From Priapulus caudatus (Eukaryota): DNA of 64,000 nucleotides. The stretch lies in NCBI RefSeq assembly GCF_000485595.1, contig NW_014577074.1, positions 1,011,479-1,075,478 on the forward strand, read 5' to 3'. Both the position numbers and the translations under genes were made by a program. The stretch's first letter is position 1, and the number at the start of each line of letters is the position of its first letter. The notes below the pieces were generated by a model, which was given only the letters and a program-made list of their open reading frames with translations, was not told where the DNA came from and ran no database searches. Of this stretch, positions 23,974 to 38,200 are shown piece by piece.

Positions 23974-25362
23974 CGATAGGGTTTTATTTACGAAATGTGG
24001 CAGTGCATGGCATTCTCTGTTATTGCAATCAGCCGCAGCTTTCTCGAACGTTAAATGTGTTTGTGTATCATTAATGCTAGTGTTGTTAACGGCGCAATTT
24101 TATTGAAAACATACTGCCTAAATTGTAAATGAAATGCATGTGTAAGCTTCTCTTCTCCTTGGATAGACAAGGGAGGGATTCGGGGTATGGGACATATGTA
24201 GAATAGCAACTGCTATACCTTCTATGCCAAGTTGAAAGATATCATCAGCCAGTTATTCACGTCATGTAAGGAAGTGTGTGAACCAGGTCCTGTAGTAAGG
24301 AGGAGGGCAGTAGTAGTAGTATTATAAGGGGGTTGAATTTTTTTGCTATAAAATCATAAATCTATTTATTGTCAACACATATATGAGTACCAATCACAAC
24401 GGATTTATTGTAATGCAAGTGAAACATTTGCTACATACATTGCATGGTGCAACATGTTGTGGCAAATGTAGCGGGGTTGATCATTTGATGTTGAAAGCCT
24501 GTAGTTGGTGATGCCAGGAATTGGCATTTGGTGAGATTATGTGACTGTTGTGTTCAGCCTATGTAATTTTACACATATGTAACATCCAACGAAAGTTTTT
24601 GTGTGGATAAATGGGCAGAATGCTATTTGTACAGAAGACTGATTGAATATAATATTTCAGTCTGTGCCGACCATGTGTGCATGTTTGTATTTTCTCTTGT
24701 TAACATATTTGAGTAAACTTTGATTGGGCGGTAGGAAATATATATATTGTTACAAACATCACGTTTGGAATTTTACTGGTGTTTATTTCACTGATAATTG
24801 TATGCACTCAGCATGAGCAGATTTTAGTTGAATCATCTTTCAATCACGAAAAATTACTGCTTCAAATATCTTCATCAAAGCATATATCTTTAAAGTTCCA
24901 ACTATTTGCTGTCAGACACCCTAGATGCTGCAGCTGGAAGTGCTCAGGTAGATACAAATATATCACAGTATTTGCTAATTGCAATGTTGATACGTTGCTA
25001 ATTGCAATGTTGCAATAATAATGATTAATGATACAGTTACATAGTAATTTATAGTCCATAAACCACTGAGCTGTGCTAAACGACACCAGATGGCGATAAT
25101 TGTCAATGTTGATGTTTTATCCATTGTATCTGCCTGGTAACGCGGTGTCTGTTGTCAAGTAAGTACTTGTAGTTGTAGGCCTAGTTGTAGTTGAATAATT
25201 TATAATATCTGTTCTAATTTTGTTTGGAAACGAATGTACACGTGAAATTATATACTTTGAGAAAGGTATTAATAATAGCTTAGTTAGTGATCTATGATCT
25301 GTATTTATTCAGCAGCGTTCTGTGTGTGGCGAGAATGGCAGTGATACTGTCAAGTGTCATTA

Positions 25363-25509
25363 TAGTCCGAGATTCCTCTGACCAATGCCCACACCGACGA
25401 TTTTGGTGGTTTTGGTGTGGGTTAGGTCAATATGTGGGTGGGTGGCCTAACCCACACCAAAACCACCAAAATCGTCGGTGTGGGCATTGGTCAGAGGAAT
25501 CTCGGACTA
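25363..25509. mobile_element. Palindromic MITE with 9-bp TSD
   Basis: ~63-bp perfect inverted arms TAGTCCGAGATTCCTCTGACC... / ...GGTCAGAGGAATCTCGGACTA; TSD GTGTCATTA at 25354-25362 and 25510-25518. Confidence 0.85.
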
Positions 25510-25571
25510 GTGTCATTACTGATACTGATACTGAGTGATAGTGACTGCTGCAATGGCCCGAGCCCACCTGA

Positions 25572-25645
25572 CTAGACTAGTAGTAGTAGTAGTAATAGTA
25601 CTAGTACTAGTAGTGGTAGTAGTACTAGTAGTAGTAGTAGTACTA
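25572..25645. repeat. (TAG)n-type microsatellite
   Basis: Imperfect TAG/TAC triplet run. Confidence 0.85.
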
Positions 25646-25693
25646 CGCCTACGGGGAAGTACGGCCAATGGCCCAATGCTACTACTAAGTTCT

Positions 25694-25970
25694 GCTGAGA
25701 GGGTCTATGTCCCCCGGGGTACTGCCGGAACGTACCCTGGTACTATCTAATATGCCGGACCGTACCTCGTCTACTCCACTAACGAGTCTAGGGAGTCGCC
25801 TACGCCTACTCCCTAACCCTAACCCGAACGCGAACCCTAACCTTAACCCTAACCCTAATCCTAATCCTAACCCTAACCATATCAAATAGTGACCAGGGTA
25901 CGTTCCGGTATACCGGACCGTACCCAGGTTACGTTCCGGCAGTACCCTGGGGGACATAGACCCTATGAGC
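25694..25970. mobile_element. MITE with 9-bp TSD (Mutator-like), copy 2, internal (CCCTAA)n
   Basis: Same TIRs as copy 1; TSD CTAAGTTCT at 25685-25693 and 25971-25979; about 11 telomere-type hexamers. Confidence 0.9.
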
Positions 25971-26288
25971 CTAAGTTCTAGTCGGGCAATGAATTTTAAT
26001 AAACTAAACATCGTAACAAACTATCTCAAATAAGATATGACTGAGTCCTTTACAGCTCAATTCAATGATCAATGTTTTATTAGACCGGCGGTACCATGAT
26101 ACAGCCGTACTATATAATTATAATAGCCCATGCAAGCCAAGGACATAACTTATAAGTTATAAGAGCTGTCCACATTTGCACATGTCGCCCATTTGCGAAA
26201 ATGAATTGCGGTTAGCGCATATATCCATGAACCCATATAATATCATAATCATCCTATCATTACGTTGAACCCTAACAGTGTTAGTAAC

Positions 26289-26516
26289 GCTGAGAGGGTC
26301 TATGTCCCCCGGGGTACTGCCGGAACGTACCCTGGTACTATCTAATATGCCGGACCGTACCTCGCCTACTACACTAACGAGTCTAGGGAGTCGCCTACGC
26401 CTACTCCTTAACCCTAACCCTAACCCTAACCTTAACCCTAATCCTAACCCTAGCCATATCAAATAGTGACCAGGGTACGTTCCGGCTGTACCCTGGGGGA
26501 CATAGACCCTATGAGC
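26289..26516. mobile_element. MITE with 9-bp TSD (Mutator-like), copy 3, internal (CCCTAA)n
   Basis: Same TIRs; TSD GTTAGTAAC at 26280-26288 and 26517-26525; about 8 hexamers. Confidence 0.9.
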
Positions 26517-28419
26517 GTTAGTAACACGATAACTTAACTCATACCCAAACCACAACCTAATCGTATATCATTGTACAGTAATACTATTAATGGTATCATT
26601 CTCGTACTCGGAGAAAGGCGGTCATAATATAACATGTTACTTCTGGGCGAATTTATGTGACCTAATTATGTTATTGTAATACAGTGTCTCACTGTATGTA
26701 TTTCCCTGGTTCCAATCATTATTTTATGATAACATTGTTACTTCTACTTTTTACTAGGAAATGTTGTGAATTACTGAATCGTTAACTGCATTGCCCAAAC
26801 CGTATTTCACCCCTCTGTTTGATTGGCATGCACAAGAATCCTTTATTTGCGGTAAAAACAATTGTGGCACTTGATCTGGATATATATATGCTATCACGCA
26901 AATTAAGACAGTAGGGAATTTTAGAATCAAGTTGCATGTGTGAAATTTATCCTAAATCAGAATGGCGATAGACCTTGGTAATCAAAAGCCTTCACCAAGT
27001 GCCGAATAGAATACTGGATTGACAAGAACTCTTTGTGTGAGCGTGCATTGAATGCAACACAGTTACACTACAAAGACTGATCATGTAGTCATGGGGGCAC
27101 ACCACCTGACCAACATACCTGACCAGATAGTATCTCTCACCATTTCTTTAGCAGTCTTGAATAGCAACTATAGTTTGCTCTGCATGGAATACATGTACTC
27201 TGAGCAGTCTGCGCATCCAGTTTTTAGGCCTAAAACCTATAGAATTTAAAATGTAAAACAGTGCTGCATGATGAAACCTTGTTAAGCTAGGCATTACCGG
27301 TTTCCAAATTGGAGGTTTTCTTAGATACACACTTGGCAAGTGCAAACTGGCTGCGTTTTTTTAATTTGCTGCTTCTAGTTATGAGATTGTGCACACTCTG
27401 TGTGTATATTGTTATATATTGGGCACCTTGTGTTCACATTAATGCACTTGTTTGTAAGACACACATAAGTTTTAACATCAATTTAAGACAACAAAATTTC
27501 ATATAAGAAACAGTCTAGGAAATATGTTTGAAAGCCCAGCCAATCCTGATTTTAAACATTTTGATTTCAACTATATAACCTGTTGTAAAATCCATAAAAA
27601 AATATCCAGTCCTACTCAAAAGTTCAGAATATAGGAATTCTTTCATTCTTTAATACTGTAAGAAAGAATTAAATGTCATATAATGATATGCTAGCTAGCA
27701 TCAATCCTGCAGTTCCTAGGAACAAAGATATGGAATGCATTACTTCAGAATAATTCTGTCTGTGGTGGAAATTTGTATTGGCAATAATATTAGAGGCTAT
27801 AGGTTACAAAAGGAAACAACTCTCCTAAAAAGTTAACTTTCCTAGTGCAGTTCTTGGTTCAAGCAATCTATGCACAAGATCGACACAATGCCACAATACG
27901 AATAGTTGCTAAAAATTCATATGAATATGTCTGTAGCATCTGGTAATAGCTGTCATTCCTTGTGTACTATTATTAGTATTTTACAATAGAATGAGCATTT
28001 ATTTGTTAATAAAATTACATAAAACCGCATATGACCCAAAGATATGGTTAATTAAATCATGCATTCATGGTAGGTATTGTCATTTAAAAATAAACATATT
28101 TTATCCCTACATGGTGCGAGGTTGTTGACTTCTCGCTGGGTCTCCCTGGTGTCACACAGGTCTATTGTTTAGGAAATATTATAAACGTCTTATGAATTTG
28201 TTAGCCTATATGGTTCCATATAGCCTATATATATTAGCCTATGTACGTGTGAGTACCCCAAACAGGCCAACTTACGGCGCGTCATACGTTTCTGCGTGCA
28301 TGGAAGTGAGTGTGTGCGTGGGAATGTATGCATACATGACTGAATGAATGAGTAAATGAATGTACGTGTGTAAACGTAGGTGCGTGCGTCTGTAGGTGTG
28401 AGTGTATCCACCTACTAGC

Positions 28420-29040
28420 TACCTGCGGCCGGTGAGCTGCTGCGGCGTATGCCTGCCTACGCCCGTTAATAACACCCGTCTGCTGACTGCTTGCACGCGT
28501 GCGGCCAGCAAGCCCCGAGGTAAGGCGCGCAACTTATAGTAGCACATTGTGAACCAGCGCGCTTCTCTCCCACCCCCACGGCGCTCTCTACTCGCGCGGT
28601 TACCCACACGTAGTAGTGCAAACACCGCTACCAGCGCATGCTACCTACGCTCGCTATGCTTGCTCTCTCTCGCTCGCTGCTAAGTTTGCTGGCGGGAGAC
28701 TCGTCGAGCGTGACGGCGCTGCACCGCCACACCGTCGTCTGCTGTAATCACTGTGGAATGTCTCTGGTCAGCAAGGTGTTCGCGCTGGTGACCGGCCGCT
28801 CGGGGACACAACGCCTGCTCGCTCCGTACTGCGACATAATTGTTTGTTTCCTGTGCTGTCATCAGCGAGTTGTGACGGTCGCGACCGACGGACGCGCCGC
28901 CTTTCGTGGATGAGTTCTTGCGTGTGCGTCTGTGTATTAGACTATTAGTGCGTCTGCGTGAACAGCCGTAGCGGTTGGCACAAGTTCGTCACCTGACGCG
29001 CTGTTGTTCGCGTGCTGTATTGTCTGAGCTGCATCGTCAT
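28420..29040 (+). promoter_or_regulatory. CpG-rich region upstream of calpain; probable promoter or 5' UTR exon
   Basis: Locally GC- and CpG-rich DNA just before the acceptor (TTGCAG, 29140) of the first coding exon. Confidence 0.35.
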
Positions 29041-29269
29041 CATCAATCATTAAAATGGAATTTATCGAGTCTGTCCGTATACCAGGCACTGCACAAACCT
29101 ACGTAATATTGCCGCTCACGTTTACTGTGGTTGCTTGCAGGTGGTAGTATAGCGTGTGGCAAATTTGAACTGTAGGCAGCTCCGCCACCTCAAAAAGTCA
29201 CCGCCAGGCAGATCTAACCGATGCTGGCAGTGGAGCCGACCAGCCACTGAGGTTGATCAGCAACCGTCC

Positions 29270-32200
29270 ATGCAGACGTGGCACCGCGGTGAGATGGCAG
29301 AGCCGGCACCCTCGCCTTCCAAGTACGAGGCCCTGAGTCGCGAGCATCTGAAGCGCCGCACACTGTTTGAGGACCCCGAGTTTCCGGCGAGTGATCGTTC
29401 GGTGTACTTCAGCCGCGTGCCGGGATACAGATTCGACTGGATGCGGCCGCACGTAAGGGCACGGCGCGGGCGTGAGACGTTGGGTTTTACGAAAAAACGA
29501 CAACATTTTTGTCGATTTGTGTAAAGTTCGTCAATCTGACTCCTTGCATAAACGCTGGAGTTTTCCAGCGAAGTTTCCATTTTACTGAGGTGGAATCGTA
29601 TATCTACAATTCCATTGATGAATCTAATCACAAACTACTGAGTGTGACAGTTTTTATCTCGGGATGCGACGAAATGAATTCGTAATTGCATGTGTATTCG
29701 TATTTGAATTTGGTTGGCGCGTAGTCTGTTAAGTGCTGAGATGACTGTAATACTAATCTCTGTCCTATTTCTTGATACCTGCTGATGGAAATCGATTTCA
29801 GCCTATCCTCTAAGAATCCCTTCCTAGACAAGTCCGAAGTCGACCTGCCTATATGAGGGAAGTGTCTAACAGTCGCTCGCCTGCAAACTCATCAGGTTGC
29901 TCTGTCTACATACTGCATGTTTAATTTATCCTGTACCTGCTATCTCTAATAAGCACCTATACCAAGACCACTCCATTGTATTTTCTGGTATGTCAATATG
30001 TACTCTTATGATACTAGTGACATTAATTTTTGCCTTCCAGTGACCTGTATATTATATCTTCTAAGAAGTTGTAGATATACAGAAATCTAGTACCGGTGAA
30101 AGTACATGGTTACTTATATTTGTAAATACACATATTCAGGCCACTTAATTCCTGGGGCTGTGTACGTAAGCTATCATTGCATTATCAGAGCTCTGGCATG
30201 TACTTTGGTAGTTGTGAGGTAGTTAGCAGATAACTGTAGATTACCTGTATTCACTTTCATTATTATCAAGAATGGTTGAAAATAGTATCAGTATTAATCA
30301 CCTTGTCTATCCACTATATCTCTTTACAGGAGATATGTAAGAACTGGGGACGGAGACCACAGTTCTATGCTGATAATGGCAGTCGATTTGACCTAAACCA
30401 GGGAGAGCTAGGTATGTGTAATCAGTGTAAATCATATCAAATCCACACATTCACACATTGCCCATAGCTAAACCTATGCTTGAATTTACAATTAATAAAT
30501 AATCTTTATCGCACGCATCTAAAACTGAGTGTGTTATTATTGCTTAGCTGACTGCAACCATTGGCATAAAGGCTAGGTGCGCCTAGAAGGTTATATTGCA
30601 CTCGTTTTGTCACTGAATTCATAATAAATATTTGGGTGTGTCAAATGACCTATTTCTATTTGGGTATGTCTATTTTCCTATTCCGTTCGATGTGAACAAA
30701 CACTCGTGACTCATACATAGCCCATTGCAAGGATTTAATGTCGTTATCAATATACGCCCAGATTTTTTGGATCTTTAACTAGTTGAAAAACAATCTTATC
30801 AAGTAAGAAGTTGAGGATAAATTTAATGCCGTTGGTGTTGGTTTTCATGTAAAAAATTGCAACAAATTTTTTTACAAATAAACACCATGGAAAATTTCGT
30901 GACGTAGTCAATTTAAGACACTCATGATTTATGTCAGCCTCATTATGCATTAGAACCTAACCAAGTGAACTTGAGAGCAGCTGATGTGGATTGATGTAAC
31001 AATCCTAATTTGGCATTGACATTTCAGGAGACTGCTGGGTAGTGGCGTCTGCTGCAGCTCTTGCTGAAGATCGGTCGCTCCTCTGCAGGGTAGTGCCACC
31101 TGACCAGAGCTTCACAGATGGCTACGCTGGCATATTTCGCTTTCAGTTCTGGCGGTACGGCATATGGGAGGAGGTCGTGGTCGATGACAGACTTCCTACC
31201 TACAGAGGGCGCCTCATGTTCGTCCATTCCAACGATCCGTCTGAATTTTGGGGAGCTTTGCTGGAAAAAGCATATGCAAAGTAATGTAATAGGAAAACAA
31301 ACAAGTCGTGTTATGTGATAGCTTGCTGATTTTTCTTGTGTAATAATATTTTATTTTATTAATTTTTGTATTTACGCCAAAATTTTTCATTATATTTAAT
31401 TTACTATGGTATTGTTAGTTTACTGTCTGTCCGTTTATGCACCTAATAATGCTGCATTGTGAAATAAATGAAATCATTTAACAGATGAAAAGTTGTAATT
31501 TACTATAACGTTTGCAGACATTTAAATGAATTCTAAAAAAATTCTGCATAAACGTTCACTACAGCTTGTATATTACATTTAACAGTACAGACCCAGGTCA
31601 CCTGGTTAGTAAATCACTTGATTGAATTGGCAGATTCCAAGGCTCTTACGAGGCGCTGAAGGGAGGCAGGAATGCGGATGCGCTCACAGACTTCACGGGG
31701 GGACTGGTGGAGGAGTACGACCTGATGCAAGCACCCCGCCACCTAGTCAACCTGCTGTTCAAAGCCATGGACAGAAGCTCTCTGATCACCTGCTCTATCC
31801 ACGTAATTGCATATGCCTTCTTATCATTTACTCGTGTAGTTAAAGCTTTTGGAACTGCATCTGCACATACAGATCAAGGTTATTTCTAGTTTTGCTTTTA
31901 CCTATTAGGAGTCTAAGAAGATAGGTCATGGTACGAACTGTCTGGGTTGTTTACTTCCAATTAGTGCTTGAACATTCTCATCAAAACCAAAAGTACCCAA
32001 TCATAAGGCTTGGTCCTCTGATGCAGTCGGGTGTCTTGCTTATACATGGACACAGCAGTGACGTCACGCCAAATTCTTTCATTTGTGCATACATGTATCT
32101 ACCTGAAAGTATCTCAGGGTTTCACATTAATTAAGTTTATTTACAACATACGGCTGTAAATAATTTCAAGGTATGTTTGGGGTATATCATATCACATACC

Positions 32201-35200
32201 TAAGGGTACAGAAGTATCTGGCAGCAAGATCCCATGCAATATCAGGTGTTTCTGCTAGTATAAAAATAAGTGAAATATTCCACGATAAAGCTTAGCATGA
32301 TATTATTATATTTATATCGGGTATCATTTCAGATGTATAGTATAGATTGTTTTTTGATGTTGTCATATATGTGCCTGCCCTCAGGGAACAAGTGACGATG
32401 TGATACTGCCAAGTGGACTGGCCACCGCGCATGCCTACAGCATTACGGATCTGAAACAGATCCGGCTGATCTCAGATGTCGGGGATGAAAACATCACATT
32501 GATTCGTATACGCAACCCTTGGGGCACCCACATTGAATGGAAAGGACCCTGGAGCGATAGGTACGTGCAGTGTGTAGTGAAACAATGAGGAGTTGGCAAG
32601 CAACCACAAATTGCGCAATATCTTGGAGGATGGACGGATGGACAGTGATTCTTCACTATGTCACTGTTTTGCCCATCTCGCTAAAATGCAATGACATGCT
32701 TTATACTTCTTTCTTCCGTGTTCAGGTCGCCGGAGTGGACGAGCATTCCACCGGAGGACCGGGCAGAAATGGGCCTCATTCACAGAGATGATGGCGAGTT
32801 CTGGTATGAACTGTCTAGTGAAATTGTCATAAAAAACTATCTAAACGGATAAATTTGGTCATTTAGAAGTGGATTAGGTCAGAATCATGAAAAATGTAGA
32901 TCGATCAGTTAATTATTTTTGAAAGAAGTAAATTAGAGCATTATCAAAGTTAACATTTTATCACTTAAAATACCTATAATTTGGTGATTGATCACCTTTC
33001 AGTGTTTTTCACAGGTTATTTTATTACTCTTTATTGTTTTGTTTCATCATTTATCAGCCATTGATCAATTATTTGTTATTACAGGATGGAGTTCAATGAC
33101 TTTGTGAAGCATTTCAATGAGGTGACCATCTGCAACTTGACTGCAGACTCATTGTCTGACCCACCAAGGTCGTGGAGCACCAACGTGCTGCACTCTCGCT
33201 GGAGGAAGGGCTTCTCTGCAGGAGGAAGGCCAAAGTACAGAGGTATCAGTATATGTTACTACTGTTTTTACAGTTTTACTGTTTTTACAGTACTGTATTT
33301 ACAGTAATTACGACATTTAGACATCGTCAAGATGAGCTATTGCCATGGGGTGTCGTCCGTCTGTTCGTCTGTCTGTCCGTCAACATTTGGCTACGGTCAA
33401 CGATAACTTGAGAATCGTTTGACCCACATGTTTCAAATTGCATACAGTTGTTACTCCTATGGGAGAGATGTGAACGTCCTATTTTGGGGCACGCCAGTTG
33501 ACCTACTTTTGAGCCACGCCCACTTTTTGGCAAAAATGGAAATGGCCATAAGTCAGTTCAGGTTCAACGGATTTTGGTCATTTTTGGTATGTGAATATAT
33601 AAGGACTGGCCCCAAAACATATCACAGGGGTTTTGATAGTTTTTAAAAATTATGTAAATTAGGTAGATTTTGGCAATTTCACTATGCATTTCAGTGTCTG
33701 CCTACGGTCAACGATAACTCAAGAACCGTTTAACGGTTTAACCGACATGTTTCAAATTGCATACAGTTGTTACTCCTATGGGAGAGATTTGAACGTCCTA
33801 TTTTGGCGCATGCCAGTCGACCTACTTTCGAGCCACGCCCACTCTTTGGCAAAAATGGAAATGACCATAACTCAGTTCACGTTCAATGGATTTTGCTCAT
33901 TTTTGGTATGTGAATAAATAAGGACTGGCCCCAAAACATAGCACACGGGTTTTGATTTTTTTTTTAATTACGCCACTTTTTGGCAAAAATGAAAATGGCC
34001 ATCTAGATTCATTTGATTTTGTTAGCTCACTTTGACATCGTCAAGCTGAGCTATTGCCATGGGTCGTCGTCCGTCCGTCCGTCAACATTTGGCTTCGGTC
34101 AACGATAACTCAGGAACCGTTTGACCCACATGTTTGAAATTGGGTGTAGTTGTTACTGCTATGCTTCCATATTAAACATTTTATTTTGGAGCAGGCCAGT
34201 CGACGTACTTTCGAGCCACGGCGATTTTTTTGCAAAAATGGGAATTCCCATTAGTCAGTTCAGGTTCAAACGGATTTTGCTCATTTTTGGTATGTGAATG
34301 AATAAGGGTTAGGGGTTTTGATATTAAAAAAAAAATTATGCAATTTAGGTAGGGTTTGGCAGTTATATAGCATATTATATAGACACAAACAGTCTGTGGT
34401 GGCACACTCGTCTGGTTCGTTTTACAAGATTTCATTGACAATATCTTTAATGCAAAATTGGTATTTCCTTTCCACCCTGCCGATAAAACGTCTTTATTAG
34501 AGTAAAGTTTTACAAAACATGTCGGAATGCAGCATAACCTATTTATTTCAAACGCCATCGCTACAAAGCGGGTATAGCGCCATCTACGGTCACAAATAAA
34601 CTGTCGAGCGCGGACCAGTCTACGTATTTTATCGGCAGTTGGTGCGCATTGCATTGTTTATTTCGCATTGTTCGCTTGATTGTTTAAAGCAGCTCGCAGC
34701 TTGCAAATACCGTATTTCTGGAGCCGCGAATCAGCGTGTGAACGCTCGGCCGCGTATTTGTCTCAGATTCGGTATTTCGCAAATACCGTATTTCATAAAT
34801 ACGAGGTCTCGTGTGAACGAGGCTATTGTAACTGTAGGGGGAAGCAGGTGTGTCCCCGAGAGGTCTTCACCCACCACAGATTAATTTTCTACCAGCTAAG
34901 TACACAGGTGGTTGGGTGTGATATAAGGTGCATACTCTGGTTTCTCTGCAAAACGTATAAATCTTTCGCCTTTTACTATAAGATTTCCGTGCAGAGGACA
35001 ACTTAATGAGTCTTTGACGCTATTTCTGCTACCCTACTTTTTGTAGGGTAATAATTAATGAAAAAATATGTCTATTAAATAATTTTGTAAGAGTTTGTCT
35101 TGTATGAATAAAATATAGATCATACAGGTGGTAGGTAGTGCTACTGAGATTTATTCACGTTTCGCCTAGGCTTTAAAGTTAAACGCGCAACCTGGCATTG

Positions 35201-38200
35201 TAATTACCCTCTGTCTATACTACTAATGTGTGCTTAGTTGTGATGTAAGTACACTTTAGTAAAGCAAAAAAGTCGTTCTTCTTATAGTAGAGATGTCTGT
35301 GGAGATAAATAACATACACATGTTTGAATGTGTGATTTACCATAATGTGTTTGGTGTAATAAATCACGAAATTATATTTAATGATTCCTGCAAAACACGA
35401 CAATGTTACCTGTCAGAATCAGTAACACTAACATCGTAACTGTAGGGGGCAGCAGGTGCGTCCCCGAGAGGTCCTTCACCACACCACAAATTAATTTTCT
35501 ACCAGCTAAAGCCTGCCGCACACGGTGTGTTTTGTGCTGCGCCATCGGCCACAGCGATTTCTTGCGTGTGGAAAATATCACACGTGTTTGATATTTTCTT
35601 CCACGTGTGGCAGATTCCACAGCGTGTGCGGTGTGCCTGTGTCAAGTTCCACACGCGCTCTCATGTAACCGACCAATAGCAGCAGGTCAAGCGAGTCACG
35701 TGATCTTAACTTGCGGTTTGCAGCGCGTTGCACTGCGATACACGCACGTACACGCGGGTATACGCACGTACACGCTGGTACACGCCGTACACGCGGTACA
35801 CTCACGTACACGCAGTATCACGCGGATACACGCACGTACACGCACGTACACCGCGGGTACACGCGGATACACGCACGTACACGCACGTACACGCGGATAC
35901 ACGCACGTACACGCGGGTACACGCACGTACACACAGATACACGCACGTACACGCGGGTACACGCACGTACACGCACCGTACACGCGGGTGCACGCAGATA
36001 CACGCACGTACACGCACGTACACGCGGATACACGCACGTACACGCGGATACACGCACGTACACGCGGGTACACACAGATACACGCATGTACACGCGGGTA
36101 CACGCACGTACACGCAGGTACACGCACGTACACGCGGGTACACGCGATACACGCACGTACACGCGGTACCCGCCACGTACACACAGATACACGCACGTAC
36201 CACACGTGCACCGCGGGTACACGCACAACGTACACGCGGGTACACGGAGATACACGCACGTACACGCACGTTAACGCGGGTACACGCACGTACACCGCAG
36301 ATACACGCACGTACACACAGATACACGCACGTACACGCGGGTACACGCACGTGCACGCACGTGCCGCGGGTACACGCACGTACACGCGGGTACACGCACG
36401 TGCACGTGCGTGTACCCGCGTGTAGCGCGTGTATCTGTGTGTACGTGCGTGTAGCGTGCGGTATCGTCCGCGTGTACGTGCGTGTATCCGCGTGTACCCG
36501 CGTGTACGTGCGTGTATCTTCGTGTACGTGAGTGTACCCGCGTGTACGTGCGTGTACCCGCGTGTACGTGCGTGTATCTCCGTGTACCCGCGTGTACGTG
36601 CGTGTATCTGTGTGTACGTGGCGTGTATCTGCGTGTACGTGCGTGTACGCCGCGGTGTACGTGCGTGTACGTGCGTGTATCTCCGTGTACGCGCGTGTAC
36701 GTGCGTGTACCCGCGTGCACGTGCGCGTGTACTGCGTGTACGTGCGTGTATCTGTGTGTACGTGCGTGTATGCTCGTGTACGTGCGTGTACCGCGTGTAC
36801 GTGCGTGTACGTGCGTGTACCCGCGTGTACGTGCGTGTACCCGCGTGTACGTGCGTGTATCCGCGTGTACCCGCGTGTACGTGCGTGTATCTGCGTGTAC
36901 GTGAGTGTACGTGCGTGTATCGCGCGTGTACGTGCGTGTACCGCCGTGTACGTGCGTGTACCCGCGTTGCACGTGCGTGTACCTGGCGTGTAGTGGCGTG
37001 TATCTGTGTGTACGTGCGTGTATCTGCGTGTACGTGCGTGTACCCGCGTGTACGTGCGTGTACGTGCGTGTATCCGCGTGTACCTCGCGTGTACGTGGCG
37101 TGTTCCCGCGTGTACTGCGTGTATCCGCGTGTACCCGCGTGTGACGTGCGTGTAATCTGCGTTGTACCGTGAGTGTACGTGCGTGTACCCGCGTGTACGT
37201 GCGTGTACCCGCGTGTACGTGCGTGTACCCGCGTGTACGTGCGTGTATCCGCGTGTACCGCGGTACGTGGCGTGTATTCCGCGTGTACGTGCGTGTACGT
37301 GCGCTGTATCCGCGTGCATCGCAGCGTGTACGTGCGTGTACCCGCGCGCACGTGCGTGTACGCCGCGTGTACGTGCGTGTATCTGTGTGTACGTGCGTGT
37401 ATCTGCGTGTACGTGGCGTGTACGTGCGTGTACGTACGTGTATCCGCGTGTACCCGCGTGTACCCGCGTGTACGTGGCTGTACGTGCGTGTACGTGCGTG
37501 TACGTGCGTGTACGTGCGTGTACCCGCGTGTACGTGCGTGTACCGCGTGCAACCGTGCGTGTACCCGCGTGTACGTGCGTATACCGCGCGTGTACGTGCG
37601 TGATCTGCGTGTACGTGCGTGTACCGCAGTGCAACCGCGCTGCAACCGCAAGTTAAGATCAGCGTGAACTCGCTTGACCTGCTGCTATTGGTCGGTTACA
37701 TAGAGCCGGTGTGGAACTTGACACAGGCCACACCGCACACGCTGTGAATCTGCCACACGTGGAAGAAAATATCAAACACGTGTGATATTTTCCCACACGC
37801 AGAAATCGCTGTGTTTGCAGCGCGCACACGCGTGTGTTTTGTGCTGCGCCATCGCCAGCGGCGTGCCGATGGCGCAGCACAAAAACACACCGTGTGCGGC
37901 AGGCTTAAGTACGCAAGTGGTTTGGGTGTGATATATGGTGACATACTCGCTGGTTTCTTCTCTGCAAAACGTATAAATCTTTCGCCTTTTACTAAAGATT
38001 CCGTGCAGAGGAACAACTTAATGAGTCTTTGACTTATTTCTTGCTACCCTACTTTGTAGGGTAATAATTAATAAAAACATATGTCTATTGATTAAATAAT
38101 TTTGTAAGAGTTGTTTCGTGTATGAATAAATATATAGATCATACAGGTAGGATAAGGTAGTACCAAAACCTACTGAGGTTTATTCAGCTTTCGCCTAGGC

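Noticed and set aside
35607..37667. Long ORFs (up to 651 aa) of [12 protein letters not shown] repeats
   Set aside because: Artefacts of a stop-free 10-bp satellite that is open in most frames.
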